Shown: positions 19,845 to 31,500, numbered from the stretch's first letter. The stretch is DNA of 64,000 bases from Clostridia bacterium (GCA_036677445.1 JAVBWI010000019.1:1535-65534); one strand, 5' to 3'. Numbers and translations are program-made. The notes: generated by a model not told the origin, from the sequence alone.

Positions 19845-20570
19845 ATGCGGCTGCAGAAATATATGGCGGAAGCGGGGGTGGCTTCCCGCAGGCAGTGCGA
19901 GGAGTATATCCGGCAGGGCCGCGTACTGGTAAACGGCGAGAAAGCGGAGATTGGCTGCGTAGTGGACCCCGGGGAGGATGCCGTCAGCATGGACGGCGTG
20001 CCTTTGCAGAGAGCGAAGCGGCGCGTGGTGCTGCTGTTTTATAAACCGCGCGGCGTCGTTTCCACCAGTATGGATCCGCAAGGGCGCAAAACGGTGCAGG
20101 ACTTTTTCAGGGAGTTTCCCGAACGGCTGTACAACGTAGGCAGGCTGGATATCAATTCCGAGGGGCTGCTCATCATGACAAACGACGGCGCGCTTGCGCA
20201 AGCCATGACGCACCCGCGCTACAAGATTCCCAAGACCTATTACGTTGTCTGCGACGGCGTGCTGACTTCGGCGCAGGCGGCAAAGCTGCAAAACGGCGTG
20301 CAGCTTTCCGACGGCATGACCGCCCCCGCGCGCGTGGAGAACGTGCGCCCTACCAAAACCGGCCAGACAAGCTTCCTTATCACCATACGCGAGGGGCGTA
20401 ACCGGCAGGTGCGGCGCATGCTCGAGGCAGTGGAGCATAAAACCCTGCTGCTCAAACGGGAGCGCGTCGGCGTGCTGCAAATTGAAGGACTTGTGCCCGG
20501 CGCCTGGCGCCATGCTTCGGAGCAGGAACTCAAGTGGCTGGATGATTTGCTGCTGGGTAATAAGGAATGA
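19845..20570 (+). CDS. rluB: Pseudouridine synthase, RsuA/RluB family
   Basis: S4 domain (MRLQKYMAEAGVASRR.CE.YI..GRV.VNG) and the catalytic GRLD.NSEGLL motif. Confidence 0.88.
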   Translation: MRLQKYMAEAGVASRRQCEEYIRQGRVLVNGEKAEIGCVVDPGEDAVSMDGVPLQRAKRRVVLLFYKPRGVVSTSMDPQGRKTVQDFFREFPERLYNVGRLDINSEGLLIMTNDGALAQAMTHPRYKIPKTYYVVCDGVLTSAQAAKLQNGVQLSDGMTAPARVENVRPTKTGQTSFLITIREGRNRQVRRMLEAVEHKTLLLKRERVGVLQIEGLVPGAWRHASEQELKWLDDLLLGNKE

Positions 20571-20812
20571 TTATGACCTTTGCGGCAAATAAGATTGTTT
20601 GATATGGCGCAGCGATTTCGCTGCGCCATGAATATGTATATGCGCATATAAGAAAAAAGGCTTGATATATTTATGCACTAGATGGTAGAATGCAAATATA
20701 TTATAATGCGGGAATGTTCGATTATTGTCGGACTCCAAGGGATTGAAACCATAAACAATATTTCAAAGTGTCACATAAGCATAATGATTTCTTTTAACAG
20801 GAGGTGAAAGTA

Positions 20813-21214
20813 ATGGACGTAACACAGATTTCCGGATGGGGAGTCATGGCGCTTGGCATGGGCGTGGTATTCATGGGATTGGTTTCGCTGGTCTTTATCA
20901 CCCAGTTCATGAGCTTTTTATGCAAAGCGGCATCCATAAAAGGAAAGACCCCTGCTCCCGCTGTAAAGGGCACGGTTCCTGCAGCGGCGGCGCCTGCGCC
21001 CATCGCAAACAAGCCGCAGTTTACGGCAGCTGTCGCCACGGCCATCGCGTTACAAATGGGTACGGAGCCGAGCGGGCTTCGGATTCATTCCATAAGGCCC
21101 GTGGGCGCCGCTTCGGGCCGTGAGCAGTTCGTTGCGGCCGTGTCTGCTGCAGTGGCGGCACAAATGGGCGGCGATGTATCCGGGCTTCGAATTCATTCCA
21201 TACGTCAGGTTTAG
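20813..21214 (+). CDS. oadG: Na+-translocating decarboxylase small membrane subunit (OadG family) with duplicated C-terminal module
   Basis: N-terminal TM helix (GWGVMALGMGVVFMGLVSLVF), Ala/Pro linker and two copies of AAV.A.A.QMG...SGLRIHSIR. It is the first gene of the decarboxylase operon. GGAGG lies 8 nt before ATG 20813. Confidence 0.7.
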   Translation: MDVTQISGWGVMALGMGVVFMGLVSLVFITQFMSFLCKAASIKGKTPAPAVKGTVPAAAAPAPIANKPQFTAAVATAIALQMGTEPSGLRIHSIRPVGAASGREQFVAAVSAAVAAQMGGDVSGLRIHSIRQV

Positions 21215-21278
21215 TACGGCGCCACATAGGGCGGTGTTACTGTGAAAACGATCCAAGATTATTTTAGGAGGAAATACG

Positions 21279-21647
21279 ATGCGTAAATTTCTGGTGAATG
21301 TCAACGGTACTTCTTATGAGGTCATGGTCGAAGAAATTTCCGGTGCTGCCGCGCCTGCCGCGGTACCCGCCGCTGCCCCCGCGCCCGTTGCGGCTCCTGC
21401 CGCCGCGCCTGCTCCCGTCGCCGCTTCTGCCGGGCAGGAAAGCGTAACGTCCCCCATGCCGGGCACCATCCTGTCCGTAAGCGTGAAGGCGGGCGAATCC
21501 GTCAAAGAGGGTCAGGTATTAATGATACTCGAAGCGATGAAGATGGAGAACGAGATCATGGCGTCCAGAGCCGGCACCGTGGCAGCCGTCAACGTTACAT
21601 CCGGTGCAACCGTCAACACGGGAGATGTGCTTTGCGTGATCGGCTGA
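21279..21647 (+). CDS. Biotin carboxyl carrier (biotinyl/lipoyl domain) subunit
   Basis: Ala/Pro linker followed by a biotinyl domain with the EAMKMENEI attachment motif. Confidence 0.9.
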   Translation: MRKFLVNVNGTSYEVMVEEISGAAAPAAVPAAAPAPVAAPAAAPAPVAASAGQESVTSPMPGTILSVSVKAGESVKEGQVLMILEAMKMENEIMASRAGTVAAVNVTSGATVNTGDVLCVIG

Positions 21648-21677
21648 TCGCCCCAATCTTTATAAGGAGTACCTGCA

Positions 21678-22862
21678 ATGAAAGCATTTATTGATTTTTT
21701 AGGCAGCACCGGCTTTGCCCAGATCGGCGCGGATTGGCGTGTGCTGATCATGATTGGCATTGCATGTGTGCTCCTATACTTGGCGATCGTCAAGAAATTC
21801 GAACCCCTTTTACTTCTGCCCATTGCATTCGGCATGCTGCTGACCAATTTGCCTGGAGCCGGTTTGTATCATGTGGAGTTGTTCGAGGGCGGACATGTTC
21901 ACTGGGATGTTTTTGACAAAACCGCGGGTTTGATTGACTATCTCTATCTGGGCGTTAAGCTTGGCATTTATCCTTCGCTGATATTTATGGGCGTTGGCGC
22001 GATGACGGATTTCGGTCCCTTAATCGCAAACCCCAAAAGCTTATTGCTTGGCGCTGCGGCGCAGCTGGGTATTTTTATTGCCTTCCTGGGCGCATTGGGG
22101 CTTACCGAATTGTTTCCGGAGTTGGCGTTTGGTTATAATGAGGCGGCTTCCATCGGTATTATTGGCGGCGCGGACGGCCCGACGGCCATTTATGTAACGA
22201 CACAGCTTGCCCCTGATTTGCTTGGCCCCATCGCAGTGGCGGCGTATTCTTATATGGCGCTGGTACCGGTCATACAGCCGCCTATTATGAAGGCGCTTAC
22301 GACAAAAAAAGAGCGCATGATCGTCATGGAGCAGCTTCGCCCCGTATCGCATACGGAAAAGGTGCTTTTCCCCATCGTGGTGACGATATTCGTTTCGTTA
22401 TTATTGCCCTCCGCCGCACCGCTGATCGGTTTCCTGATGCTGGGCAACCTGTTCCGTGAGAGCGGCGTAACGGAACGCCTTTCCAAGACGGCGCAGAACG
22501 AGCTGATCAACATTGTTACCATTTTCCTGGGCGTTTCGGTAGGCGCAACCGCTACGGCGGCATCCTTCCTAAGCCCGCGTACACTGATGATTATGGCGAT
22601 GGGCGTAATCGCATTCGGATTTGGCACCGTTGGCGGCTTGCTGTTGGGCAAGCTGATGAACTTGATTTCCAAGAAACCCATCAACCCGCTCATCGGCTCC
22701 GCCGGCGTTTCGGCCGTTCCCATGGCGGCGCGCGTGTCGCAGGTGGTCGGCCAGAAGGAAAACCCCAAGAACTTCCTGCTGATGCACGCCATGGGTCCTA
22801 ATGTGGCCGGCGTCATCGGCTCTGCGATCGCAGCGGGCGTATTTCTCTCGCTGTTCAAGTGA
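21678..22862 (+). CDS. oadB: Na+-translocating decarboxylase beta subunit (OadB/GcdB/MmdB family)
   Basis: 394-aa polytopic membrane protein with family-typical segments ([40 protein letters not shown]). Confidence 0.92.
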   Translation: MKAFIDFLGSTGFAQIGADWRVLIMIGIACVLLYLAIVKKFEPLLLLPIAFGMLLTNLPGAGLYHVELFEGGHVHWDVFDKTAGLIDYLYLGVKLGIYPSLIFMGVGAMTDFGPLIANPKSLLLGAAAQLGIFIAFLGALGLTELFPELAFGYNEAASIGIIGGADGPTAIYVTTQLAPDLLGPIAVAAYSYMALVPVIQPPIMKALTTKKERMIVMEQLRPVSHTEKVLFPIVVTIFVSLLLPSAAPLIGFLMLGNLFRESGVTERLSKTAQNELINIVTIFLGVSVGATATAASFLSPRTLMIMAMGVIAFGFGTVGGLLLGKLMNLISKKPINPLIGSAGVSAVPMAARVSQVVGQKENPKNFLLMHAMGPNVAGVIGSAIAAGVFLSLFK

Positions 22863-22888
22863 TACCACTGTGAAAGGAGGAAATTAGT

Positions 22889-24385
22889 TTGACGAAAAAA
22901 GTATTCATTACCGATACCATCCTGCGTGACGCACACCAGTCCCAGGCCGCGACGCGCATGCGCGTGGAAGACATGCTGCCCGCCTGCGAAATACTCGACA
23001 GCGTCGGGTACTGGTCCCTGGAGTGCTGGGGCGGCGCCACGTTCGACAGCTGCCTGCGCTTTTTGAACGAGGACCCCTGGGAGAGGCTGCGCAAGCTGAA
23101 AAAGGCGCTGCCCAATACCAAACTGCAAATGCTTTTCCGCGGCCAGAATATTTTGGGGTACAAGCATTATGCGGATGACGTGGTGGAGCAATTCTGCCGC
23201 AAGGCTATCGAGAACGGTATCGACGTGGTGCGTATATTCGACGCGCTCAACGATATCCGCAACCTTGAAGCCGCGATCAAATATACCAAGAAATACGGCG
23301 GCATCTGCGAGCCCGCCATCAGTTACACCATCAGCCCCGTGCATAACGAGGACTATTTTGTGAAGATGGCCAAGGAACTCGTACAGATGGGCGCGGATAC
23401 CATCTGCATCAAGGACATGGCAAACCTGCTCCTGCCCTATGCGGCGTATTCGCTGGTCAAGCGCTTGAAGGCGGAGGTGGATGTACCCATCCATCTGCAT
23501 ACCCACAACAGCACCGGCACCGGCGATATGACTTATCTTATGGCCGTGCAGGCGGGCGTGGATATCGTGGACTGCGCGCTGTCCCCTATGGGCAACGGCA
23601 CCTCGCAGCCCGCTACCGAACCGTTGGTCGCTACCCTGCGGGATACCGAGTACGATACCGGTCTGGATATGATGAAGCTGGTGGAGGCGGCCAAGTATTT
23701 CCGCGGCGTAGCCGAACGGCTCACCAAGGAAGGCAGCCTTGATCCGAAGGTGCTCAGCGTCGACGTCAATACGCTGCTGTATCAGGTGCCCGGCGGTATG
23801 CTGTCCAACCTGATTTCGCAGATCAAGCAGGCCAATGCCGAAGATAAATACTATACGGTGCTCGAGGAAGTTCCCCGCGTACGCGAAGACTTCGGTTACC
23901 CGCCCCTTGTTACGCCGACGAGCCAGATCGTGGGTACGCAGGCGGTGTTCAATATACTATCGGGCGCGCGCTATAAAACGTTCACCAAAGAATCCAAGGC
24001 GCTGCTGCGCGGCGAATATGGCCGCCTGCCCGGCGAAGTGAACGAGGAAGTTCGCAAAAAGGCGATCGGCGACGAAGAGGTCATCACCTGCCGTCCCGCG
24101 GATCTGCTTACACCGGAGCTTGACAAATACCGCGAGGAAATCAAGGACTACATGGAGCAGGAGGAGGATGTGCTCAGCTACGCGCTCTTCCCGCAGGTAG
24201 CCATTAAGTTCTTTGAGGCGCGCAAGGCTGCGAAGGCCGCGCCTGCGGCAGCAGCGGTTACCGCGCAGGTTGCGCCTGCACAGGCCGCATCCGTGAGAGA
24301 CTCGGCGCCTAAACAGGCTGCACCCGCCGTGCAGGCGGCGCCTGCCGGTGTTACGGTGCTCTACGTTGAGGACCTGTCTATCTGA
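22889..24385 (+). CDS. oadA: Oxaloacetate decarboxylase alpha-type carboxyltransferase (5S/pyruvate carboxylase subunit B-like), no biotinyl domain
   Basis: TIM-barrel carboxyltransferase motifs (TDTILRDAHQS, ECWGGATFD, IKDMAN, HLHTHNSTG). The C-terminus is an Ala/Pro-rich tail without an AMKM motif. The TTG start follows AAAGGAGG. Confidence 0.9.
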   Translation: MTKKVFITDTILRDAHQSQAATRMRVEDMLPACEILDSVGYWSLECWGGATFDSCLRFLNEDPWERLRKLKKALPNTKLQMLFRGQNILGYKHYADDVVEQFCRKAIENGIDVVRIFDALNDIRNLEAAIKYTKKYGGICEPAISYTISPVHNEDYFVKMAKELVQMGADTICIKDMANLLLPYAAYSLVKRLKAEVDVPIHLHTHNSTGTGDMTYLMAVQAGVDIVDCALSPMGNGTSQPATEPLVATLRDTEYDTGLDMMKLVEAAKYFRGVAERLTKEGSLDPKVLSVDVNTLLYQVPGGMLSNLISQIKQANAEDKYYTVLEEVPRVREDFGYPPLVTPTSQIVGTQAVFNILSGARYKTFTKESKALLRGEYGRLPGEVNEEVRKKAIGDEEVITCRPADLLTPELDKYREEIKDYMEQEEDVLSYALFPQVAIKFFEARKAAKAAPAAAAVTAQVAPAQAASVRDSAPKQAAPAVQAAPAGVTVLYVEDLSI

Positions 24386-24515
24386 TACAGGAAGCACATT
24401 GCGGGCGGGGCAATAGTCCCGCCCGTAAGTTGTCTTAAAAAGTGTGGCCGTTTGTATCATAATGCGATATAATGGGGTACATGGACGATTGGACAGGATT
24501 GGCAGGTAACAGGCA

Positions 24516-25118
24516 ATGAAGCAGATTCCCAATATGCTTTCCGCTTTGCGCATCGGCATGGTTGGATTATTTATACATTTTTTCTTACAGCAACGTTACT
24601 TCGCGGCGCTGGGAATCTATGTATTGGCAATACTGACGGATACATTGGACGGATATCTTGCACGTCACTACAACTGGATTACCGATCTGGGCAAAGTACT
24701 GGACCCTTTGGCGGACAAACTGATGCTTATCGCCGCACTGTTCTGTTTTTACAGCAAACAATGGATACCATTTTGGCTTGTTGCGATTGTGGTGGGCAAA
24801 GAGCTGATCATGATCATAGGCGGCGCGTTGCTCTGGAAACGCGACATCGTGGTATATGCGGATTGGTTCGGGAAATCAGCCACGGGCTTTTTCAATGCGG
24901 GTGTGGTTGCAACGCTGTGCAAACGGTTCTGGCCGTGGATAAGGCACTGGAACATTGTGCTGCTCTCCGTCGCCATGCTGCTTGCCATCATTGCCCTTGT
25001 GCATTATGCGCAGAAAAATGTGTTTGTAAACAAACGGACAGAGCCGCAGGCGACAAAGCTTGAAGCGCAGCAACGACAGGAAGGGAACTGCGCCGATTCC
25101 GCCAAAAACGGAGAATGA
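24516..25118 (+). CDS. pgsA: CDP-diacylglycerol--glycerol-3-phosphate 3-phosphatidyltransferase (CDP-alcohol phosphatidyltransferase family)
   Basis: Signature D.LDG.LAR......LG..LDP.ADK in a ~200-aa membrane protein. Confidence 0.85.
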   Translation: MKQIPNMLSALRIGMVGLFIHFFLQQRYFAALGIYVLAILTDTLDGYLARHYNWITDLGKVLDPLADKLMLIAALFCFYSKQWIPFWLVAIVVGKELIMIIGGALLWKRDIVVYADWFGKSATGFFNAGVVATLCKRFWPWIRHWNIVLLSVAMLLAIIALVHYAQKNVFVNKRTEPQATKLEAQQRQEGNCADSAKNGE

Positions 25119-25256
25119 TATTTAAATACGGGCTTGATCGGGCAGGCTTTATATAAAGAATAACCGGGGCGTAAAGCCGGGCGCGGTTTCGCCGTATCGG
25201 ACATCAGGCGGAAAGTGCAGACGTGGCACGGGCTGTGGCACGGGCGTATTTTTCCG

Positions 25257-25285
25257 TTGACAAACCCCTGTGGAATGGATACAAT
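25257..25285 (+). promoter_or_regulatory. Sigma-A-type promoter for yceD-rpmF
   Basis: TTGACA (25257-25262), a 17-nt spacer and TACAAT (25280-25285), about 30 nt upstream of the yceD start. Confidence 0.6.
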
Positions 25286-25314
25286 AAACGATGGTTGACC
25301 TTGGAGGAAAGCCT

Positions 25315-25836
25315 ATGGAGCTGCATATTGCTGCGGCATTGAAACAGCCGGGCGAAGTCTTTTCGGCAACGCTAAGTCAGATAATACCGCCTCAGGATTT
25401 CGGGGGCAGGGAGATCGTATTTGCCGAACCCGTCCAACTGGAGTTTACCTATTTCTTTGACGGCAAGGCTTTTACCTTGAGCGGCCAAATGCAAACGGCA
25501 TTGTCCTCGCGGTGCGCCCGGTGTGACGAGCCCTTTACCGAACCGTTGCACATTCCCTTTACCGAACGCTTTACCAAGGGTTCGCTGGGGGATAATGAAG
25601 AGGACAGCTATGCTTTCGAGGGAGAAACACTGGATTTGACTTCGATGGTGATGGACAATCTCTTCCTGCATGTGCCCATATCCAGTGTTTGCAGTGAGGG
25701 TTGCCGGGGCTTGTGCCCCGTTTGTGGATGCAATTTGAATACGGCGCAGTGTGCCTGCGTACCGGAAGAGCCGGAGGATGTTTCCTCCCCGCTTGCGGCG
25801 TTGGGGCCACTGTTGAACGATGGTAAGGAGGTGTAA
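25315..25836 (+). CDS. yceD: YceD/DUF177 family ribosome-maturation-associated protein
   Basis: It has C-terminal Cys pairs ([17 protein letters not shown]...C.C) and the conserved position immediately upstream of rpmF. GGAGG precedes ATG 25315. Confidence 0.85.
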   Translation: MELHIAAALKQPGEVFSATLSQIIPPQDFGGREIVFAEPVQLEFTYFFDGKAFTLSGQMQTALSSRCARCDEPFTEPLHIPFTERFTKGSLGDNEEDSYAFEGETLDLTSMVMDNLFLHVPISSVCSEGCRGLCPVCGCNLNTAQCACVPEEPEDVSSPLAALGPLLNDGKEV

Positions 25837-25838
25837 TC

Positions 25839-26042
25839 ATGGCGGTCCCGAAGAGAAAAACTTCAAAGGCTAGGCGGGATTCCCGCAGGTCCAGTCACTG
25901 GAAGCTGACCATGCCCGGTATTGTGGCGTGCCCCCAGTGCCACCAACTCAAGCTCGCCCACAGGGTATGCAAGAAGTGCGGCTATTACGATGGCAAGCTT
26001 GTCGTCAACATGGAGACAAAAGAAAAGAAGAACGAAGCCTGA
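25839..26042 (+). CDS. rpmF: 50S ribosomal protein L32
   Basis: [16 protein letters not shown]....L....V.CP.C......HRVC..CGYY. Confidence 0.97.
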   Translation: MAVPKRKTSKARRDSRRSSHWKLTMPGIVACPQCHQLKLAHRVCKKCGYYDGKLVVNMETKEKKNEA

Positions 26043-26353
26043 CGTATGCGTGCGCCGCAGTTTGCGGCGCGCTTTACGTAGTTTGAACGGAAATTTTTTG
26101 TTTCAATCCGATTTTCATGCGTCCCGGTTCAGACCGGAACAATTTTGCAATGAAAGCTGCGTGTCTGCCTTGCAGGCATTACCTCGAATGAAAAGGCAGA
26201 GAATGTGAGTTTTCTGCCTTTCGTCATTAATAAAGGGGAAGTTGGGCGAAAGCAGCGGCAAGGCAGCCGCCGACCGAAAAGAGCGGACGTACTTTTGGAG
26301 GCGTCCGGTAATGGACACATCTTGCACGAATGCAAAACAGGAGGGGGAACGGT

Positions 26354-27364
26354 ATGTATATTGCGGTGGATGTATTTGGCGGGGACAATGCACCACAGGC
26401 GATACTTGACGGCTGTATGCTGGCGCTTTCACAACATGCGGATATGCGGCTGATACTGGCGGGGGAGATTTCCGTAATTGAAAAATATCTTGCGGAACAT
26501 GCTTGCGATTCCAACCGTATACGTATCAAACATGCGCCGGATGTGATCAGTAGCCACGAACAGCCTACGGTCGCCATCAAACAAAAGAAGGAGTCTTCGC
26601 TGGTGCAAGCGTTGCTTTCTGTTTCGCAAGGCGAGGCGGGCTGCATGGTGTCCGCGGGCAGCACCGGCGCGGTGCTTGCAGGCGCTACGCTGTTGGTACG
26701 CAGGCTAAAGGGCGTCAAACGCCCGGCCTTGGCGCCCATCATGCCTACGCGCACCGGCTGCATACTGCTGGTGGACTGCGGCGCCAATATCGACTGCAAG
26801 CCTAGTTACCTGCAGCAGTTCGCGGTAATGGGTTCAGCGTATATGCAGCATGTCAGGGGCATCGAACGCCCGCGGATAGGGCTGCTCAACAACGGCGCGG
26901 AGGCGGAAAAGGGAAACGAGCTGACGAAGGCCACGTATCCGCTGCTGGAGCGGACACCCGTCAACTTTGTGGGCAACTGCGAAGGGCGCGACGCGCTCTC
27001 CGGAAATTTCGACGTTGTGGTGTGCGACGGTTTTTCCGGCAACGTTTTTCTCAAGAGCACGGAAGGCGCTGCGGAACTGATGGTGCAAATGCTTAAGGAT
27101 GAGCTGACGGCCGATACGCGCTCCAAGCTTGGCGCTGCGCTTGCAAAGCCCGCGTTTCGCCGCTTTAAGAGCCGTATGGATTACACCGAGTACGGCGGCG
27201 CACCGCTTTTGGGCATCAACGGCGGCATCATCAAGGCGCACGGCAGTTCCAACGCCAAAGCGTTCGCGGCGGCGCTGCGGCAGGCGGCGGCGTATATCAA
27301 TGGCAATGTCACAGGGGCGATCGGCGAGGCGATCGCGGCCATGGAGCCGGATGGCCTGGACTAA
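26354..27364 (+). CDS. plsX: Phosphate acyltransferase PlsX
   Basis: MYIAVDVFGGDNAP at the start, and GNVFLK and GAPLLG.NG..IK.HGSS motifs. It sits in rpmF-plsX-acpP synteny. Confidence 0.95.
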   Translation: MYIAVDVFGGDNAPQAILDGCMLALSQHADMRLILAGEISVIEKYLAEHACDSNRIRIKHAPDVISSHEQPTVAIKQKKESSLVQALLSVSQGEAGCMVSAGSTGAVLAGATLLVRRLKGVKRPALAPIMPTRTGCILLVDCGANIDCKPSYLQQFAVMGSAYMQHVRGIERPRIGLLNNGAEAEKGNELTKATYPLLERTPVNFVGNCEGRDALSGNFDVVVCDGFSGNVFLKSTEGAAELMVQMLKDELTADTRSKLGAALAKPAFRRFKSRMDYTEYGGAPLLGINGGIIKAHGSSNAKAFAAALRQAAAYINGNVTGAIGEAIAAMEPDGLD

Positions 27365-27482
27365 CGGTGCGCGGAACATGGCACGGTCAGGATTCGGCAT
27401 TGACAGATCAGCCCCCTTGCCCTAAACTGAATTTGGAATACCTATTATTTATATTTCATTCGGACTGAGAGGAGTAAGCGCA

Positions 27483-27707
27483 ATGAAATTTGAAAAGGTT
27501 CGCGAGATCATTGCCAAACAACTGGATGTGGATGCCGAGAGCATCACCATGGAATCCAAACTGGTGGATGATCTTAAGGCGGATAGCTTGGATGTGGTGG
27601 AACTGATCATGGATCTGGAACAGGAATTCGACATTGAGATCCCGGACGAAGAACTGCCGAAAGTACGCACAGTGGGCGACATTGTGGAGTATGTGGAAAA
27701 TCACTGA
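27483..27707 (+). CDS. acpP: Acyl carrier protein
   Basis: 74 aa with the DLKADSLD phosphopantetheine-attachment motif. Confidence 0.95.
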   Translation: MKFEKVREIIAKQLDVDAESITMESKLVDDLKADSLDVVELIMDLEQEFDIEIPDEELPKVRTVGDIVEYVENH

Positions 27708-27779
27708 GCATTTTAAAATCCATCATGCCCGCATCATACTTTTGGTGCGGGCATTCGTTTGAATAAGGGAGGCACACGA

Positions 27780-28493
27780 ATGATGTCGAAGCGGGAAGAC
27801 CAGCTGTCCGAGCTTCAGAAACGCATAGGCTATCAGTTTGCTGATTTCACACTGTTGGATACCGCGCTTACCCATACCTCTTTTGTAAAAGGCGATGGGA
27901 AGGGCAGCGCCCACAATGAACGCCTGGAGTACCTGGGCGACGCCGTGCTGGAACTGTGCATCAGCGAGCAGCTCTTCTTACGCTATCCCAATTGGAGCGA
28001 AGGCGCCATGACTCGCGCGCGCGCCCTGATCGTGTGTGAAACCGCGCTGGATCAGGCGGCGCGCACGTACTTTTCCCTGCAGGAGTACTTGCTGCTGGGT
28101 CATGGCGAAGAAAATACGGGGGGGAGGACAAAGCCTTCCATACTCTCCGACGCGCTGGAAGCGCTCATAGGCGCCATTTATCTGGACGGCGGGCTGTCGG
28201 CTGCAAAGGCCTTTATTATGCGCTTTGCGCTGCCTGCGCTGGAACAGGCTGTAGACGGCGGGCTGGGCAAGGATCACAAAACCAGCCTGCAGGAATATGT
28301 GCAGAAAAAGCATCTGGGCAGCATCGGCTACCGGTTGGTCGCCGCTACCGGGCCGGATCATAAAAAAGAATTTCGTATCCGCGTTTCCCTCAACGACAGA
28401 CTCGTCGGCGAAGGCGTGGGCAGCACCAAGCAGGAAGCCGGGCAGCGTGCCGCAAAGGCGGCGTTGAGGCTGCTACGCACGGAAGAAAAGTAG
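27780..28493 (+). CDS. rnc: Ribonuclease III
   Basis: Signature NERLEYLGDAVLEL and a C-terminal dsRBD (SKQEAGQRAAKAAL). AAGGGAGG precedes ATG 27780. Confidence 0.95.
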   Translation: MMSKREDQLSELQKRIGYQFADFTLLDTALTHTSFVKGDGKGSAHNERLEYLGDAVLELCISEQLFLRYPNWSEGAMTRARALIVCETALDQAARTYFSLQEYLLLGHGEENTGGRTKPSILSDALEALIGAIYLDGGLSAAKAFIMRFALPALEQAVDGGLGKDHKTSLQEYVQKKHLGSIGYRLVAATGPDHKKEFRIRVSLNDRLVGEGVGSTKQEAGQRAAKAALRLLRTEEK

Positions 28494-28548
28494 TATATCA
28501 ACGGCGTTCCCGCCGGGATATGCGTATATAAAGGAAGTGTATTGAAAA

Positions 28549-31500
28549 TTGCGCCTGACCAAGCTGGAACTGCATGGATTCAAATCCTTTGCGCGCAAGA
28601 CCGAGCTGCTGTTCGACGAAGGCATCACAGCGGTCATCGGCCCGAACGGCAGCGGCAAAAGCAATATCGCGGACGCCGTGCGCTGGGTACTGGGTGAGCA
28701 GAGCGCCAAAGCACTGCGCGGTACCCGCATGGAGGATGTCATATTCAACGGTACCCAGGAGCGCAAAGCGCAGGCATATTGCGAGGTGGCGCTGACATTC
28801 GATAATTCCGACGCATCGCTGCCTTTGGAGTTTTCCGAGGTTACCATCACGCGCCGCGTGTACCGCTCCGGCGAGAGCGAATATGCCATCAACCGCAACA
28901 ACTGCCGGCTGAAGGATATCAACGAGCTGTTCCGGGACACAGGCATCGGCAAAGAAGGGTACTCCATTATCGGGCAGGGCAAAGTCGAGGAGATACTATC
29001 CAATAAGTCCGGCGACCGGCGTGCCGCGCTCGAAGAGGCGGCGGGCGTCATGCGCTACCGCATCCGCAAGGAAGAAGCGCTGCGCAAGCTGGAACATACG
29101 CGCAAAAACCTGGAGCGGTTGGAAGACATATTGGGCGAGCTGAAAAGCCAGCGCGAGCCGCTGCAGGAGCAGGCCGAAAAGGCGCGCGCTTACCTTGGGT
29201 TACGGGATGAGCTCAAAGCCCTGGAGATTAACGTATTCCTGTACCAGTATGAGCGTACGAAGGAGCGGCTTTCCACCGTGGCCGCCACGATTAATCAGAT
29301 GCAGGAGGAAGGCGCGGCGCTGATGGATACCGAGCGCGCGCTTGCGGCCGACTGCGCCGCGCAGGAGGAAGAACTGCGCGCCATCGAGCAGACTGCGAGC
29401 GCGGCGCAAAACCGGCTACTTGCCATGATGTCCGGTATGGAAGCGCACATGGGGGAAGCCAATGTGCTGCGCGAGCGCAGGGATCATCTGATCAGGGAGC
29501 GGGAACGGCTGGAGAAGGCGCTGCAGGAGGATGCCGCGCGCCGGGATGCGCACGGCGCCGCGCTCGCCCAGCTTGCACATAACGATACCGCGGGGCGGGA
29601 CATGCTTACCGCGCTCGACGCAGAGATCGCGCAGGTACAAACGCAACTTGGCGCGTTGCAGCAGGCGATTGAAGGACAGGAACAGACGCTCAACGCCCAG
29701 AAGAACAGCATTATCGAGTCGCTTAATCGCTTGTCCGACGCTAAGAGCCAGCTTTCCAGGATGGAGGCCATGACTGCGGCGCTCGAGCAGCGGCTTGCGG
29801 CCGTGCAGGGCGAGCAGGCTGCCATTGCCGACGAACGTGAAAAGCTCCTTGCCGAGCAGCAGGAGGCCCAAGCGGAATGGCAGGCGCAGGAACAGGCGCA
29901 CCGCAGCCTGCTGGATGCGCAGACGGAGGCGCAAAAGCAGCTCGCACAGGCGCAGGGGGGGAGCCGCACAGCCGACCAGACCCTGCGTGAACTCGAACAG
30001 CGCCAGAATACCATGCGCTCTCGTTCCAACGTACTGGACGAAATGGCCCGCGCGCATGAGGGGTATTATTTCAGCGTGCGCAACGTACTGCGGGATTGCG
30101 ACAGGGATATCGAGCTGCGCCGCTGCATACTCGGCGTCGTGGCGGAACTGATACAGGTGCCGGAAACTTATGAGACGGCTCTCGAAATGGCACTCGGCTC
30201 TGCGCTTCAGAACATTGTCACCCCTACGCCGGAACATGCAAAGCGCGTGATCGACCATCTGCGCCAGCGCCAGTATGGCCGCGCGACTCTGCTGCCGGTT
30301 TCCGCAATGCGGCCGCGGCTGCTGGATGCCGGTGAGCGCGCCGCGCTGCAGACGCCGGGCTGTATCGGCGTAGCGTCGGAGCTTGTGGAATACGATGAAA
30401 AATACAGGAGCGTTGTGGAAAACCTGCTGGGCCGCACGGTGATCGTCAAGGATCTCGATTCGGGCATTGCGCTCAACAAACGCGCCAACGCGGCATTTCG
30501 CATCGCGACGCTGCAGGGCGATATCATACACCCCGGCGGCTCCATGACGGGGGGCAGCGTGCAAAAGCGCGAGTTCAGCCTCCTGGGCCGCGAGCGCGAG
30601 CTAAAGCAGCTCCAGCAAAACATACGCGAGATCGAAGCGCAGATGCGGGAAGCGGCGGTACAACGTACACAAGCGGAACAGCGCGTGGAAGAATGCAAGC
30701 AGGCGATCGCGCAGGCGGAAGCCAACCTGCACGCGCAGGAGATCGAAAGCGCCCGGCACAAGGAAAAGCTGGAGCTCATACTCCGCGATATCCGCCAGAA
30801 CGAGCAAAAGAACGAGCGCAGCGAGCTGGAATGCGCGCAGATACGCGACAACCTCGCCGATATCGACAAAGAGCGCAAGGGCATCGAGGGCGTGCAATCC
30901 GGCATTGAAGAGGGCAGCGCCGCCACGCAGGAGGATGTGCAGCGCTCGCAGGCACGCCTGAACGAGCTGCGCGCGCAGCATGAGGCGGTCGCGGCAACGC
31001 TCACCGAGCGCAAGGTGCAGCGTATGGCTCTTCAAAAGGAAGAGGACGCCGTACTGCTCGAGCACAAACGCTTGGAACGGGAGCTAGCGCAGACCGCGCA
31101 TACGCTTTTGGACAATCAGGCCGCACATACGAAAACCATCGAGCAGGAAGCCGCGCTTTGCGAGCAGATAGAAGCGCTTTCCCGCGATATCAAGGATGAG
31201 CAAACCGAAGTGGACGCCCGCAAGGAAGAACAGCACGCCATGGAGGAAGAGCGCCAGCGGCGCCTGCAGACGCTTTCGGAGGGGCGCGCGCGCAAGGACG
31301 AACTCAACGCGCGCCTGCGCGAGCTGGAGGAACGCAGGCATAAGCAGGAGCTTGCGCAAAGCCGCGCGGAGCTGGAGTTCGATACGATGCAGGAACGCAT
31401 GCTGACCGATTACGAGCTGACCTATGAGACAGCCTTACCGCTGCGGACGGAAACAAACGGCATTACGGCCGCGCATGTGCGCATCGACGAGCTCAAGCGC

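Noticed and set aside
20804-24385. The decarboxylase cluster, considered as a possible novel membrane system
   Set aside because: All four components match the established Na+-translocating oxaloacetate/biotin decarboxylase family. Only the subunit split and the gamma duplication are worth a note; they are reported as a low-interest finding.
26043-26353. ~310-bp structured spacer between rpmF and plsX, considered as a riboswitch or a FapR-type control region
   Set aside because: I could see only a terminator-like hairpin after rpmF (GCGCCGC-agtt-GCGGCGC) and a 9-bp stem (AAAGGCAGA...TCTGCCTTT). There is no recognisable riboswitch core and no fapR gene, so evidence is insufficient for a call.
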